Of a stretch of 14,343 bases of DNA, positions 6,576 through 14,343 are shown one piece after another (positions within the stretch are counted from its first letter, which is position 1; the number at the start of each line of letters is the position of its first letter). Source of the DNA: a virus. Under the pieces are notes generated by a model that saw only the letters and a list, made by a program, of their open reading frames with translations, was not told where the DNA came from and did not search any database. Made by a program: the position numbers and the translations under genes. The DNA is taken from the UHGV virus genome UHGV-1692207; one strand, 5' to 3'.

Positions 6576-8403
6576 ATTTGAGCTTAAGGCGTTGATCACC
6601 GGTGTCGACAGGCTTTCTCCCGCGCTGTCGAAAATGCAAAAGAAAATCCGGGGATTTAAACGCCAGGCGGAAGAAGCGTCACAGGGTGGGCTGGCGCTTG
6701 GTGGCGGACTGGCTGCGGGTCTGACGCTTTCCCTGAAATCTTATGCCGATCAGGAAAACGCCGCCACCGGGCTGAAAGTTGCCATGATGGATGCGAACGG
6801 TGAGGTCGGAAAGCGCTTTCAGGACATCAATAAACTGGCTATTGGTCTGGGTAACCAGCTACCCGGTACAACGGCTGATTTCCAGAACATGATGCAGATG
6901 CTGGTGCGTCAGGGGATCCCGGCAGAAAACATTCTTGGCGGTGTGGGTAAAGCGACAGCTTATCTTGCGGTACAACTGAAAAAAACACCGGAAGCGGCTG
7001 CCGAGTTTGCCGCAAAGATGCAGGATGCTACCGGAACGGCGTCAGAAGACATGATGGGGCTGTTCGACACTATCCAGAAGGCGTTTTATCTGGGCGTTGA
7101 CGATACCAACATGTTGTCCTTCTTCACTAAAACCAGCTCTGTTCTGAAGATGGTGAACAAGGACGGTCTTCAGGCTGCACAGAGCCTTGCCCCCATCAGC
7201 GTCATGATGGATCAGATGGGGATGAACGGGGAGTCGGCAGGTAACGCCCTGCGAAAAGTTATCCAGTCCGGATTAAGCGTTAAGAAAATCAGGGACGTCA
7301 ATAAAGTCATGGCCCGCCAGAAACTCGGGGTACAGCTCGATTTTACTGACGGCAAAGGGAGTTTTGGCGGTCTTGATAACATGTTCAGGCAACTGGCAAA
7401 GCTGCGAAAACTGACCGACGTTAAGCGAACTGGTGTACTTAAGGCAATATTTGGTGATGATGCCGAAACCCTTCAGGTGGTCAATGCACTAATCGATAAA
7501 GGAAAGGATGGCTACGACCAGATCCAGCAGAAGATGAATAAACAGGCCAGTCTGAATAAACGTGTTCAGGCACAGCTTGGTACGCTGTCCAACCTGTGGG
7601 AGGCAATGACAGGGACCGCAACTAACGGCCTTGCGGCTATTGGCGGCGCATTTTCTGGTGACGCTAAAAATATCACGCAATGGCTGGGGGAGTTGGGGGA
7701 GAAATTCACGAAGTTTGCGGATGAAAATCCCCGGGTTATTCGCGGCGTCGTCGGGCTTGCTGCCGGTCTTGCGATTCTGAAACTGGGATTGATGGGCGTT
7801 GGCGGTGCCATCAGTATTGTCAGCAGGATCATGTCGATGACGCCGATTGGCATGATTGCGACGGCGATAGCCCTGGCTGCGGGATTAATTATCACTAACT
7901 GGGATGTTGTCGGACCTTATTTCAAGAAGCTCTGGGAAACCATTGGTCCTTATTTTGAGGCTGGCCGGGAACTTCTGAAGAAGGTTTTTGCCTGGTCGCC
8001 GCTGGGGATGGTAATCAATAACTGGGGACCGGTTGTTAAGTGGTTTCAGGATATGTGGGACAAGCTGAAGCCAATTATTGAGTGGTTTACCGACAGTTCC
8101 GGTGACACGGTCGATGCCATTAACTCTGCGCAGTGGGGCGCGGGTGCTTATGATGCTTATGGGACGGGAATACCGGCACGGGGATACACACCTTATCAGG
8201 CGGTGGATCCGGCTCAGTCAAACAACGCCTCCGGTGCCACAGGCCCGAATCCCTTCATGATTAACAAAGCTTCTGCGCCAAAAGTTGATGGTGAGATCAA
8301 GGTCTCTTTTGTGAATTCACCTCCGGGTATGCGGGTTATGGAAACGCGATCCAGCGGTTTTGATGTCAGCCATGATGTTGGCTATACGCGCTTTGGCAGG
8401 TAA
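6568..8403 (+). CDS. Tail tape measure protein
   Basis: 611 aa with Gly/Ala-rich hydrophobic segments and a position right after the chaperone frameshift pair. SD AGGAGA at 6552-6557. Confidence 0.85.
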   Translation: MAEFELKALITGVDRLSPALSKMQKKIRGFKRQAEEASQGGLALGGGLAAGLTLSLKSYADQENAATGLKVAMMDANGEVGKRFQDINKLAIGLGNQLPGTTADFQNMMQMLVRQGIPAENILGGVGKATAYLAVQLKKTPEAAAEFAAKMQDATGTASEDMMGLFDTIQKAFYLGVDDTNMLSFFTKTSSVLKMVNKDGLQAAQSLAPISVMMDQMGMNGESAGNALRKVIQSGLSVKKIRDVNKVMARQKLGVQLDFTDGKGSFGGLDNMFRQLAKLRKLTDVKRTGVLKAIFGDDAETLQVVNALIDKGKDGYDQIQQKMNKQASLNKRVQAQLGTLSNLWEAMTGTATNGLAAIGGAFSGDAKNITQWLGELGEKFTKFADENPRVIRGVVGLAAGLAILKLGLMGVGGAISIVSRIMSMTPIGMIATAIALAAGLIITNWDVVGPYFKKLWETIGPYFEAGRELLKKVFAWSPLGMVINNWGPVVKWFQDMWDKLKPIIEWFTDSSGDTVDAINSAQWGAGAYDAYGTGIPARGYTPYQAVDPAQSNNASGATGPNPFMINKASAPKVDGEIKVSFVNSPPGMRVMETRSSGFDVSHDVGYTRFGR

Positions 8404-8426
8404 TGAAAAATTAATCTGTTAATGAG

Positions 8427-8450
8427 TCCCACTCCGGTGGGATTTTTTAT
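8427..8450 (+). terminator. Intra-operon hairpin plus T-tract (attenuator or terminator) between the tape measure and N-like genes
   Basis: Stem TCCCAC (8427-8432) / GTGGGA (8437-8442), loop TCCG, then TTTTTTAT (8443-8450). Confidence 0.45.
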
Positions 8451-8463
8451 GTACGGAGTTTAT

Positions 8464-9792
8464 ATGACGTGGAAAGACAGACTTCAGGACGCGTCATTTC
8501 GCGGTGTGCCGTTTAAGGTTGAAGAAGAAAGTGCGGGAACCGGTCGTCGTGTGGAAACGCACGAATACCCGAACCGCGACAAACCCTATACCGAAGACCT
8601 GGGGAAAATCACTTTCCGCCCGTCCATCACAGCTTATGTGGTGGGAGATGACTGCTTTGACCAGCGCGATCGCCTGATTGACGCGCTGAATAAACCCGGT
8701 CCCGGCACGCTTGTCCATCCGACTTACGGTGAGCTGAAAGTCTGTGTTGACGGGGAAGTTCGGGTCAGCACATCGAAGAGTGAAGGGCGTATTGTCCGCT
8801 TTGACCTGAAGTTTGTCGAAGCGGGAGAACTCTCTTACCCCACTTCAGGTGCGGCGACGGCGCAGACGCTGATGTCATCCTGTTCTGCACTGGATGACTG
8901 CATCAGTGACAGCTTCAGTGGTTTCAGTATCGATGGCGTGGCAGATTTTGTGCAGAACGACGTCGTCGGTAATGCCAGCACAATGCTTGGGTATGTTTCT
9001 GATGCGATGAAAGTGGTGGATTCTGCCGTATCGGATGCCGCCAGGCTGTTGCAGGGGGATATCTCGGTACTTCTGCCGCCGCCATCGTCAGGCAAAAATT
9101 TCGTTGAGCAGGTGCAGAAAATGTGGCGTACCGGGAAACGCCTTTATGGTAACGCCAGCGACCTGGTCACCATGATCAAAACGCTTTCCGGTGTCAGCCT
9201 CGGCAGCGATCTGCAACCGCGCGGCGTCTGGAAAACGGACAGTAAAACCACCGCCACGGCGACGCAGCAGCGTAACGTGGTTGCCAGCACCCTTCGTACG
9301 ACCGCAATCAGCGAAGCGGCGTATGCCGTCACACGATTGCCTGCGCCCACAACTTCCGCGGTGATGCAGAATGCCACAGTGGGGCAGTCAACAACACCCG
9401 CGCAGAGCACCGGCTGGCCTTCTGTCACGCATCCGGCACTGAACAATGCACCGGCGGTGAAAAACACGGTTGACCTGCCAACGTGGGAAGAACTGACCGA
9501 CATTCGCGACACACTGAATACGGCAATTGATAAGGAGTTGTCCCGTACAACCAGTGATGTGCTGTTTCTGGCGCTGCGCCGGGTGAAAGCAGATCTGAAT
9601 GCGGATATCAACACGCGCCTTGAACAGTCTGCACGGATCATTCAGCGCACACCGGATGAGGTTTTACCCGCGCTGGTGCTGGCGGCGACCTGGTTTGATA
9701 ACGCGGCGCGTGACGCGGACATTATCCGGCGTAATGCCATTACGCATCCCGGCTTTGTGCCGGTGATCCCTCTGAAGGTGCCAGTGCAATGA
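8464..9792 (+). CDS. Mu gpN-like tail protein (DNA circularisation protein N family)
   Basis: N-terminus MTWKDRLQDASFRGVPFKV...GRRVETHEYPNRDKPYTEDLGK matches the Mu N signature as I recall it. I place the start at ATG 8464 (GGAG at 8455-8458, 5-nt spacing) rather than the ORF-track 8422, which would translate through the hairpin. Confidence 0.85.
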   Translation: MTWKDRLQDASFRGVPFKVEEESAGTGRRVETHEYPNRDKPYTEDLGKITFRPSITAYVVGDDCFDQRDRLIDALNKPGPGTLVHPTYGELKVCVDGEVRVSTSKSEGRIVRFDLKFVEAGELSYPTSGAATAQTLMSSCSALDDCISDSFSGFSIDGVADFVQNDVVGNASTMLGYVSDAMKVVDSAVSDAARLLQGDISVLLPPPSSGKNFVEQVQKMWRTGKRLYGNASDLVTMIKTLSGVSLGSDLQPRGVWKTDSKTTATATQQRNVVASTLRTTAISEAAYAVTRLPAPTTSAVMQNATVGQSTTPAQSTGWPSVTHPALNNAPAVKNTVDLPTWEELTDIRDTLNTAIDKELSRTTSDVLFLALRRVKADLNADINTRLEQSARIIQRTPDEVLPALVLAATWFDNAARDADIIRRNAITHPGFVPVIPLKVPVQ

Positions 9793-10868
9793 ACGATAAC
9801 GTCACGCTACGGGTAAATGGCCGGGAGTGGAATGGCTGGACATCGGTGCGCATCGGTGCCGGTATTGAACGGCTGGCGCGGGATTTCAGTGTGGAGATCA
9901 CCCGCCAGTGGCCGGGTGATGAGGGTATCACCACGCTTCAGCCGCGCATTAAAAACGGTTCAAAAGTGGAGGTGCTGATTGGTGATGAGCTGGTGATCAC
10001 CGGCTGGGTGGAGGCGACGCCCGTTCGTTACGATGCCCGTTCGGTCAGCACCGGTATTGCCGGACGCAGTCTGACCGCTGACCTGATTGACTGTGCAGCC
10101 GAACCGACACAGTTTAACGGACGATCGCTGGTACAGATTGCGCAGGCGCTTGCTGCGCCTTTCGGCATTGAGGTGGTGAACAACGGTGCGCCGTCGGGTG
10201 TTATTCCTGACGTCCAGCCCGATCACGGTGAAACGGTGATTGAGGTAATCAACAAAATACTCGGTCAGCAGCAGGCACTGGCTTACGACGACCCACACGG
10301 CAGGCTGGTGATTGGCGGTATTGGCTCAACGCGGGCACATACTGCGCTGGTACTCGGGGAAAACATCCTTTCCTGCGATACGGAGAAGAGTATCCGGGAG
10401 CGGTTTTCTGTTTACCAGGTGGCGGGGCAGCGTGCTGGAAACGACGATGATTTCGGTGAGGCCACCACCAGCGCGCTGCGGGCCCGCACAGAGGACGCAT
10501 TTATTGCCCGTTACCGTCCGATGTATATCAGGCAGACAGGGCAGGCTACGGGGGCAGGCTGTATTGCGCGTGCTGACTTTGAAGCCCGACAACGGGCGGC
10601 GCGGACGGATGAAACCACCTATGTGGTGCAGGGCTGGCGACAGGGTAACGGTACGCTGTGGCAGCCCAACCAGCGGGTGATTGTCTTCGATCCGGTCTGT
10701 GGTTTCGACAATACCGAACTGCTTGTCTCGGAAGTCACGTTTACTCAGGACCAGAACGGCACCCTGACGGAAATCCGTGTCGGCCCACCTGATGCTTATC
10801 TGCCTGAACCCGAAGCCCCCGGCGCGCGGAAAAAGAAAAAAGCCAGAGTACAGGAGGACCCGTTCTGA
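9789..10868 (+). CDS. Mu gpP-like baseplate hub / tail protein (P2 gpD-like)
   Basis: 359 aa. N-terminus ...LRVNGREWNGWTSVRIGAGIERLARDFSVEIT fits the gpD/Mu P family pattern. Start overlaps the upstream stop (ATGA). Confidence 0.8.
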   Translation: MNDNVTLRVNGREWNGWTSVRIGAGIERLARDFSVEITRQWPGDEGITTLQPRIKNGSKVEVLIGDELVITGWVEATPVRYDARSVSTGIAGRSLTADLIDCAAEPTQFNGRSLVQIAQALAAPFGIEVVNNGAPSGVIPDVQPDHGETVIEVINKILGQQQALAYDDPHGRLVIGGIGSTRAHTALVLGENILSCDTEKSIRERFSVYQVAGQRAGNDDDFGEATTSALRARTEDAFIARYRPMYIRQTGQATGAGCIARADFEARQRAARTDETTYVVQGWRQGNGTLWQPNQRVIVFDPVCGFDNTELLVSEVTFTQDQNGTLTEIRVGPPDAYLPEPEAPGARKKKKARVQEDPF

Positions 10869-11416
10869 TGAGTACGATTGAAGCCATGCAGCGACAACTC
10901 CTCGGCCTGATTGGGCGGGCAGTGGTGAAAAGCATCAGTGCCGCCACGAAATGTCAGACCGTGGATGTGTCCCTGATTGCCGGTGAACCCAAAGCCGGGG
11001 TTGAACATCTTGAACCCTACGGTTTTACCGCAAGGGCAAACAGCGGTGCGGAAGCGGTGGTGTTGTTTCCGGATGGTGACCGTTCTCATGCGGTGGTTGT
11101 TACGGTGTCGGACCGGCGCTACCGCCTGAAAGGGCTGCAGACGGGTGAGGTGGCGGTCTATGACGATCAGGGGCAGTCTGTGACGCTGACCCGGGAGGGG
11201 ATCGTGGTGGACGGTGCAGGTAAAACGATCACGTTTCGCAATGCACCTGAAGCACGTTTTGAAATGGACCTGGAAGTGACAGGACAGGTGAAAGACCTGT
11301 GCGACTCCAGCGGCACCACCATGTCAGCGATGCGGCTTGCCTATAACGGGCATCGTCACAGAGAGAACGGTCAGGGCAGTAACACCGACAAACCTGATAA
11401 AGCGATGGAGGCATGA
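10868..11416 (+). CDS. Baseplate assembly protein V-like (Mu gp45-like spike)
   Basis: 182 aa. Start overlaps the upstream stop (TGATG). Position after the P-like gene. Confidence 0.7.
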   Translation: MSTIEAMQRQLLGLIGRAVVKSISAATKCQTVDVSLIAGEPKAGVEHLEPYGFTARANSGAEAVVLFPDGDRSHAVVVTVSDRRYRLKGLQTGEVAVYDDQGQSVTLTREGIVVDGAGKTITFRNAPEARFEMDLEVTGQVKDLCDSSGTTMSAMRLAYNGHRHRENGQGSNTDKPDKAMEA

Positions 11417-11841
11417 TGGAACTGTGGCTGACGGTGAACGGTAAACGCACCTGCGCCAGCGCACCGCTGGATCCGCTGACCCGCGCCGTGGTGATTTCCC
11501 TGTTTACCTGGCGGCGGGCGGAGCCTGATGACAACGCCGACGTCCCGATGGGATGGTGGGGGGATACCTGGCCTGCGGTACAGAATGACCGTTACGGCTC
11601 CCGACTGTGGCTGCTTCAGCGCAGCAAACTGACCAATCAGCTGGTGCAGACGGTAAGGGGGTATATCCGCGAATGCCTGCAATGGATGATTGATGACGGC
11701 GTGGTGTCCCGTATTGATCTGGATATCCTCCGCACCGGGATTAATGAACTGGGTAACAGTATCACTCTCTGGCGTCGTGACGGACCGGTAATGATTTCTT
11801 TAGATGATCTGTGGAGTGCGATAACGCATGGCGGACAGTGA
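11413..11841 (+). CDS. Baseplate protein, Mu gp46 / GPW (gp25-like) family
   Basis: 142 aa, in conserved order after the V-like gene. Start is ATG 11413 or the adjacent 11416; GGAGG at 11406-11410 favours 11416. Confidence 0.7.
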   Translation: MMELWLTVNGKRTCASAPLDPLTRAVVISLFTWRRAEPDDNADVPMGWWGDTWPAVQNDRYGSRLWLLQRSKLTNQLVQTVRGYIRECLQWMIDDGVVSRIDLDILRTGINELGNSITLWRRDGPVMISLDDLWSAITHGGQ

Positions 11842-12886
11842 ATTTCAGCGCCCGACGCTGGCAGAAAATATCAGTATGCTCCGTAACGATTTATTCGCCA
11901 GGCTGGACGTCAGCGACACGCTCCGGCGCATGGATGAAGACGTGCGGGCAAAGGTGTATGCGGCGGCGCTGCATACGGTTTACGGGTACATCGATTATCT
12001 GGCAATGAACATGCTGCCTGACCTGTGCGATGAGTCCTGGCTGGCGCGACATGCTGCGATGAAACGGTGTCCGCGCAAGGGGGCCACGACTGCCAGCGGG
12101 TATATGCGCTGGGAAGGCGTCAGCGATGGCCTGAAGGTGACCGCCGGGAGTGTTATTCAGCGCGATGACCTGATTCAGTACACGGCAACTGCCGATGCAA
12201 CCAGCGCCGGTGGTGTCCTGCGCGTGCCGATCGCCTGCTCAAGTGCAGGCGCGGTCGGTAACGCTGACGACGGTACGTCATTAATCCTGGTCACGCCGGT
12301 TAATGGTCTGCCGTCTTCCGGCGTGGCAGACACTCTGACAGGTGGATTTGATACTGAAGAGCTGGAAACGTGGCGCGCCCGCGTCATTGAGCGGTATTAC
12401 TGGACGCCTCAGGGCGGGGCTGACGGGGACTATGTTGTCTGGGCTAAAGAATTGCCCGGCATTACCCGCGCATGGGCATACCGTCACTGGATGGGAACGG
12501 GGACTGTCGGTGTGATGATTGCCAGCAGTGACCTGATTAATCCCATTCCGGAAGAATCAACGGAAACGGCGGCAAGACAACATATCGGGCCACTGGCCCC
12601 GGTGGCAGGCTCTGATTTGTATGTGTTCAGGCCGGTGGCGCATACGGTGGATTTTCATATCCGTGTGACGCCGGATACACCGGAAATACGGGCTGCCATC
12701 ACCGCGGAGTTGCGTTCGTTCCTGCTGCGTGATGGTTATCCGCAGGGAGAACTGAAGGTGTCGCGTATCAGTGAAGCGATTTCCGGTGCGAACGGGGAAT
12801 ACAGCCATCAATTGCTTGCACCGGCGGAAAATATCTCCATTGCAAAAAATGAACTGGCGGTTCTGGGGACGATTTCATGGGCGTGA
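11828..12886 (+). CDS. Baseplate J-like protein (Mu gp47-like)
   Basis: 352 aa, in conserved position. Overlaps the upstream gene by 14 nt and the downstream gene by 10 nt. Confidence 0.8.
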   Translation: MADSEFQRPTLAENISMLRNDLFARLDVSDTLRRMDEDVRAKVYAAALHTVYGYIDYLAMNMLPDLCDESWLARHAAMKRCPRKGATTASGYMRWEGVSDGLKVTAGSVIQRDDLIQYTATADATSAGGVLRVPIACSSAGAVGNADDGTSLILVTPVNGLPSSGVADTLTGGFDTEELETWRARVIERYYWTPQGGADGDYVVWAKELPGITRAWAYRHWMGTGTVGVMIASSDLINPIPEESTETAARQHIGPLAPVAGSDLYVFRPVAHTVDFHIRVTPDTPEIRAAITAELRSFLLRDGYPQGELKVSRISEAISGANGEYSHQLLAPAENISIAKNELAVLGTISWA

Positions 12887-13461
12887 CAAACGATGATTAC
12901 ATCCGTCTGTTGTCGGCACTGCTGCCGCCCGGTCCGGCGTGGTCAGCCAGCGATCCGGCGATTGCCGGTGCGGCACAGTCATTAACCCGCGTTCATCAGC
13001 GTGCGGATGCCCTGATGCGGGAGCTGGATCCGCGCACCACCACCGAACTGATAAATCGCTGGGAGCGTCTGTGCGGCCTGCCGGATGAATGTATTCCCGC
13101 AGGAACACAGACCCTTCGCCAGCGTCAGCAACGACTGGATGCGAAGGTTAACCTGGCGGGCGGCATCAATGAGGATTTTTACCTTGCACAGCTTGCTGCC
13201 CTGGGCAGACCAGACGCCACCATCACGCGATACGACAAAAGCACGTTCACCTGCTCATCGGCCTGTACTGACGCGGTGAATGCGCCGGAATGGCGGTATT
13301 ACTGGCAGGTCAACATGCCAGCCGCCACCAACAGCACCTGGATGACATGTGGCGATCCCTGTGATTCCGCGCTGCGTATCTGGGGCGACACCGTCGTCGA
13401 ATGTGTGCTTAACAAACTCTGCCCTTCGCATACCTACGTAATTTTTAAATATCCGGAGTAA
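12877..13461 (+). CDS. Mu gp48-like tail protein (DUF2313 / YmfQ-like)
   Basis: 194 aa immediately upstream of the tail fibre gene, as in Mu-like baseplate modules. Cys-rich C-terminus. Confidence 0.7.
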   Translation: MGVTNDDYIRLLSALLPPGPAWSASDPAIAGAAQSLTRVHQRADALMRELDPRTTTELINRWERLCGLPDECIPAGTQTLRQRQQRLDAKVNLAGGINEDFYLAQLAALGRPDATITRYDKSTFTCSSACTDAVNAPEWRYYWQVNMPAATNSTWMTCGDPCDSALRIWGDTVVECVLNKLCPSHTYVIFKYPE

Positions 13462-13464
13462 TCC

Positions 13465-14232
13465 ATGCATCGTATAGACACGAAAACCGCGCAGAAGGAT
13501 AAGTTCGGCGCGGGTAAGAACGGTTTTACCCGTGGTAACCCCCAGACAGGCACGCCTGCCACCGATCTGGATGATGAGTACTTTGACATGTTGCAGGAAG
13601 AACTCTGCAGCGTGGTGGAGGCATCCGGTGCCAGTCTGGAGAAGGCGCGGCACGACCAGCTGCTTACCGCGCTTCGTGCGCTGCTGTTAAGCCGCAAGAA
13701 TCCGTTTAGCGATATCAAATCGGACGGCACGGTGAAAACGGCTCTCGAAAACCTTGGTTTGGGGGAAGGCTCTGCATTGCCTGTTGGTGTACCGGTTCCA
13801 TGGCCCACCGCCACACCGCCAGCAGGCTGGTTAAAGTGCGACGGGCGCGCCTTTACAAAAGAACAATATCCTGTTCTGGCCAGAGTCTACCCGACCCTCC
13901 GTCTTCCTGATTTACGCGGTGAGTTTATCCGTGGATGGGACGACGGGCGCAAGATTGACGAGGGGCGTAAGTTGCTTTCATGGCAGAAAGGTACACTGGT
14001 CGGCGGTCATGACGATAACGATTCTTCGCTGGATATCTCGTACATGAGTAACGGAAATAATATTGACTATGGCGGCGATAAGGTGTTTGCGGGGAATTAC
14101 CGTAGCGATTATTTGTGGTACGCAATTCTGGGTGGAACAAACAGTCGCGCAAAAGCCGAATTAAACGGAGCATTCTTTAACATAACCCGCCCCCGCAATA
14201 TCGCGTTTAACTATATCGTGAGGGCGGCGTGA
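13465..14232 (+). CDS. Tail fibre protein: conserved N-terminal baseplate-attachment part fused at an invertase crossover site to a variable C-terminal part with a tail-collar domain
   Basis: 255 aa. SD GGAG (13455-13458) 6 nt before the ATG. Collar-like motif PVGVPVPWP...[17 protein letters not shown]-terminus [11 protein letters not shown] is nearly identical to the lambda Stf C-terminus ([11 protein letters not shown]) as I recall it. Residues ALENLGL are encoded by the hix/gix-like site. Confidence 0.8.
   Translation: MHRIDTKTAQKDKFGAGKNGFTRGNPQTGTPATDLDDEYFDMLQEELCSVVEASGASLEKARHDQLLTALRALLLSRKNPFSDIKSDGTVKTALENLGLGEGSALPVGVPVPWPTATPPAGWLKCDGRAFTKEQYPVLARVYPTLRLPDLRGEFIRGWDDGRKIDEGRKLLSWQKGTLVGGHDDNDSSLDISYMSNGNNIDYGGDKVFAGNYRSDYLWYAILGGTNSRAKAELNGAFFNITRPRNIAFNYIVRAA
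13742..13767. other. Putative 26-bp crossover site for a Hin/Gin/Cin/Pin-family serine DNA invertase (left boundary of an invertible tail-fibre segment)
   Basis: CTCTCGAAAACC-TT-GGTTTGGGGGAA: imperfect dyad around a central TT. The left half matches the hixL half-site TTCTTGAAAACC at 10 of 12 positions. It sits in the tail fibre gene where constant and variable parts join. Confidence 0.5.
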
Positions 14233-14238
14233 TACCGT

Positions 14239-14343
14239 TCAGCTGGCAAGTGCCAGTGGCGCTTCCGGCCAGCTGATTTCAGGTGCCGTGCTGATATCCA
14301 GTGCGTTCAGCTCGTCGATATAATCCAGCACGGCGTTCAGTTT
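14239..14343 (-). CDS. Tail fibre assembly protein (Tfa-like), C-terminal fragment; 5' end beyond window
   Basis: Minus-strand frame open from the window edge to TGA (complement of 14239-14241). Translation ...KLNAVLDYIDELNALDISTAPEISWPEAPLALAS resembles the lambda Tfa C-terminus (...RVDTSTAPDIEWPAVP...) as I recall it. Convergent with the tail fibre gene, 6 nt between stops. Confidence 0.5.
   Translation of the reverse strand, partial: KLNAVLDYIDELNALDISTAPEISWPEAPLALAS

Noticed and set aside
8422-8463. Upstream ATG (8422) as start of the N-like gene
   Set aside because: It would translate through the hairpin and T-tract at 8427-8450 and has no SD. ATG 8464 has GGAG at 5-nt spacing and gives the conserved MTWKDRLQ N-terminus.
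9144-10592. Minus-strand ORFs 9144-9641 and 9960-10298 and out-of-frame ORFs 10249-10680 overlapping the N-like and P-like genes
   Set aside because: Shadow ORFs of the plus-strand genes, with Arg/Cys-rich improbable compositions and no SD or promoter.
10828-10841. A-rich run GAAAAAGAAAAAAG at the 3' end of the P-like gene as a possible frameshift or slippage site
   Set aside because: In the zero frame it reads AAA AAG AAA AAA preceded by G, so it does not form a canonical X_XXY_YYZ heptamer. No extended alternative frame follows. It simply encodes a C-terminal KKKK tail.
1-14343. Search for tRNA, rRNA, CRISPR repeats or IS elements
   Set aside because: No repeat-spacer periodicity, no cloverleaf-capable segments in the short intergenic stretches, and no terminal inverted repeats flanking a transposase-like ORF were seen. 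The only repeats are the short ones at 1212-1287 and the invertase site.

Overview
This window is the late/structural region of a mosaic, probably defective, temperate myophage integrated in an enterobacterial-type genome. All product calls are from reading the translations and from remembered family signatures; no database search was run. Layout, left to right: (i) the 3' end of a Mor/C-family activator gene (3-188) followed by an intrinsic terminator; (ii) a roughly 1.1 kb accessory island holding a 210-aa three-helix membrane protein gene (303-935) and a convergent 53-aa small ORF on the minus strand that has its own sigma70-like promoter and Shine-Dalgarno; (iii) a co-directional, translationally coupled plus-strand operon (1318-14232) that opens with an HK97-family major capsid gene lacking its N-terminal part, with no terminase, portal or protease upstream, then HK97/lambda-like head-tail joining genes, then a Mu/SfV-like contractile tail module: sheath, tube, chaperone with a -1 frameshift site, tape measure, Mu N-like, Mu P-like, gp45/46/47/48-like baseplate genes, and a tail fibre with a collar domain; (iv) a hix/gix-type invertase crossover site inside the tail fibre gene (13742-13767) and the 3' end of a convergent tail-fibre-assembly gene at the window edge, implying an invertible host-range segment that continues past the window. 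I found no rRNA, tRNA, CRISPR array or IS element. The most unexplained content is the membrane-protein island between the regulator and the capsid remnant.
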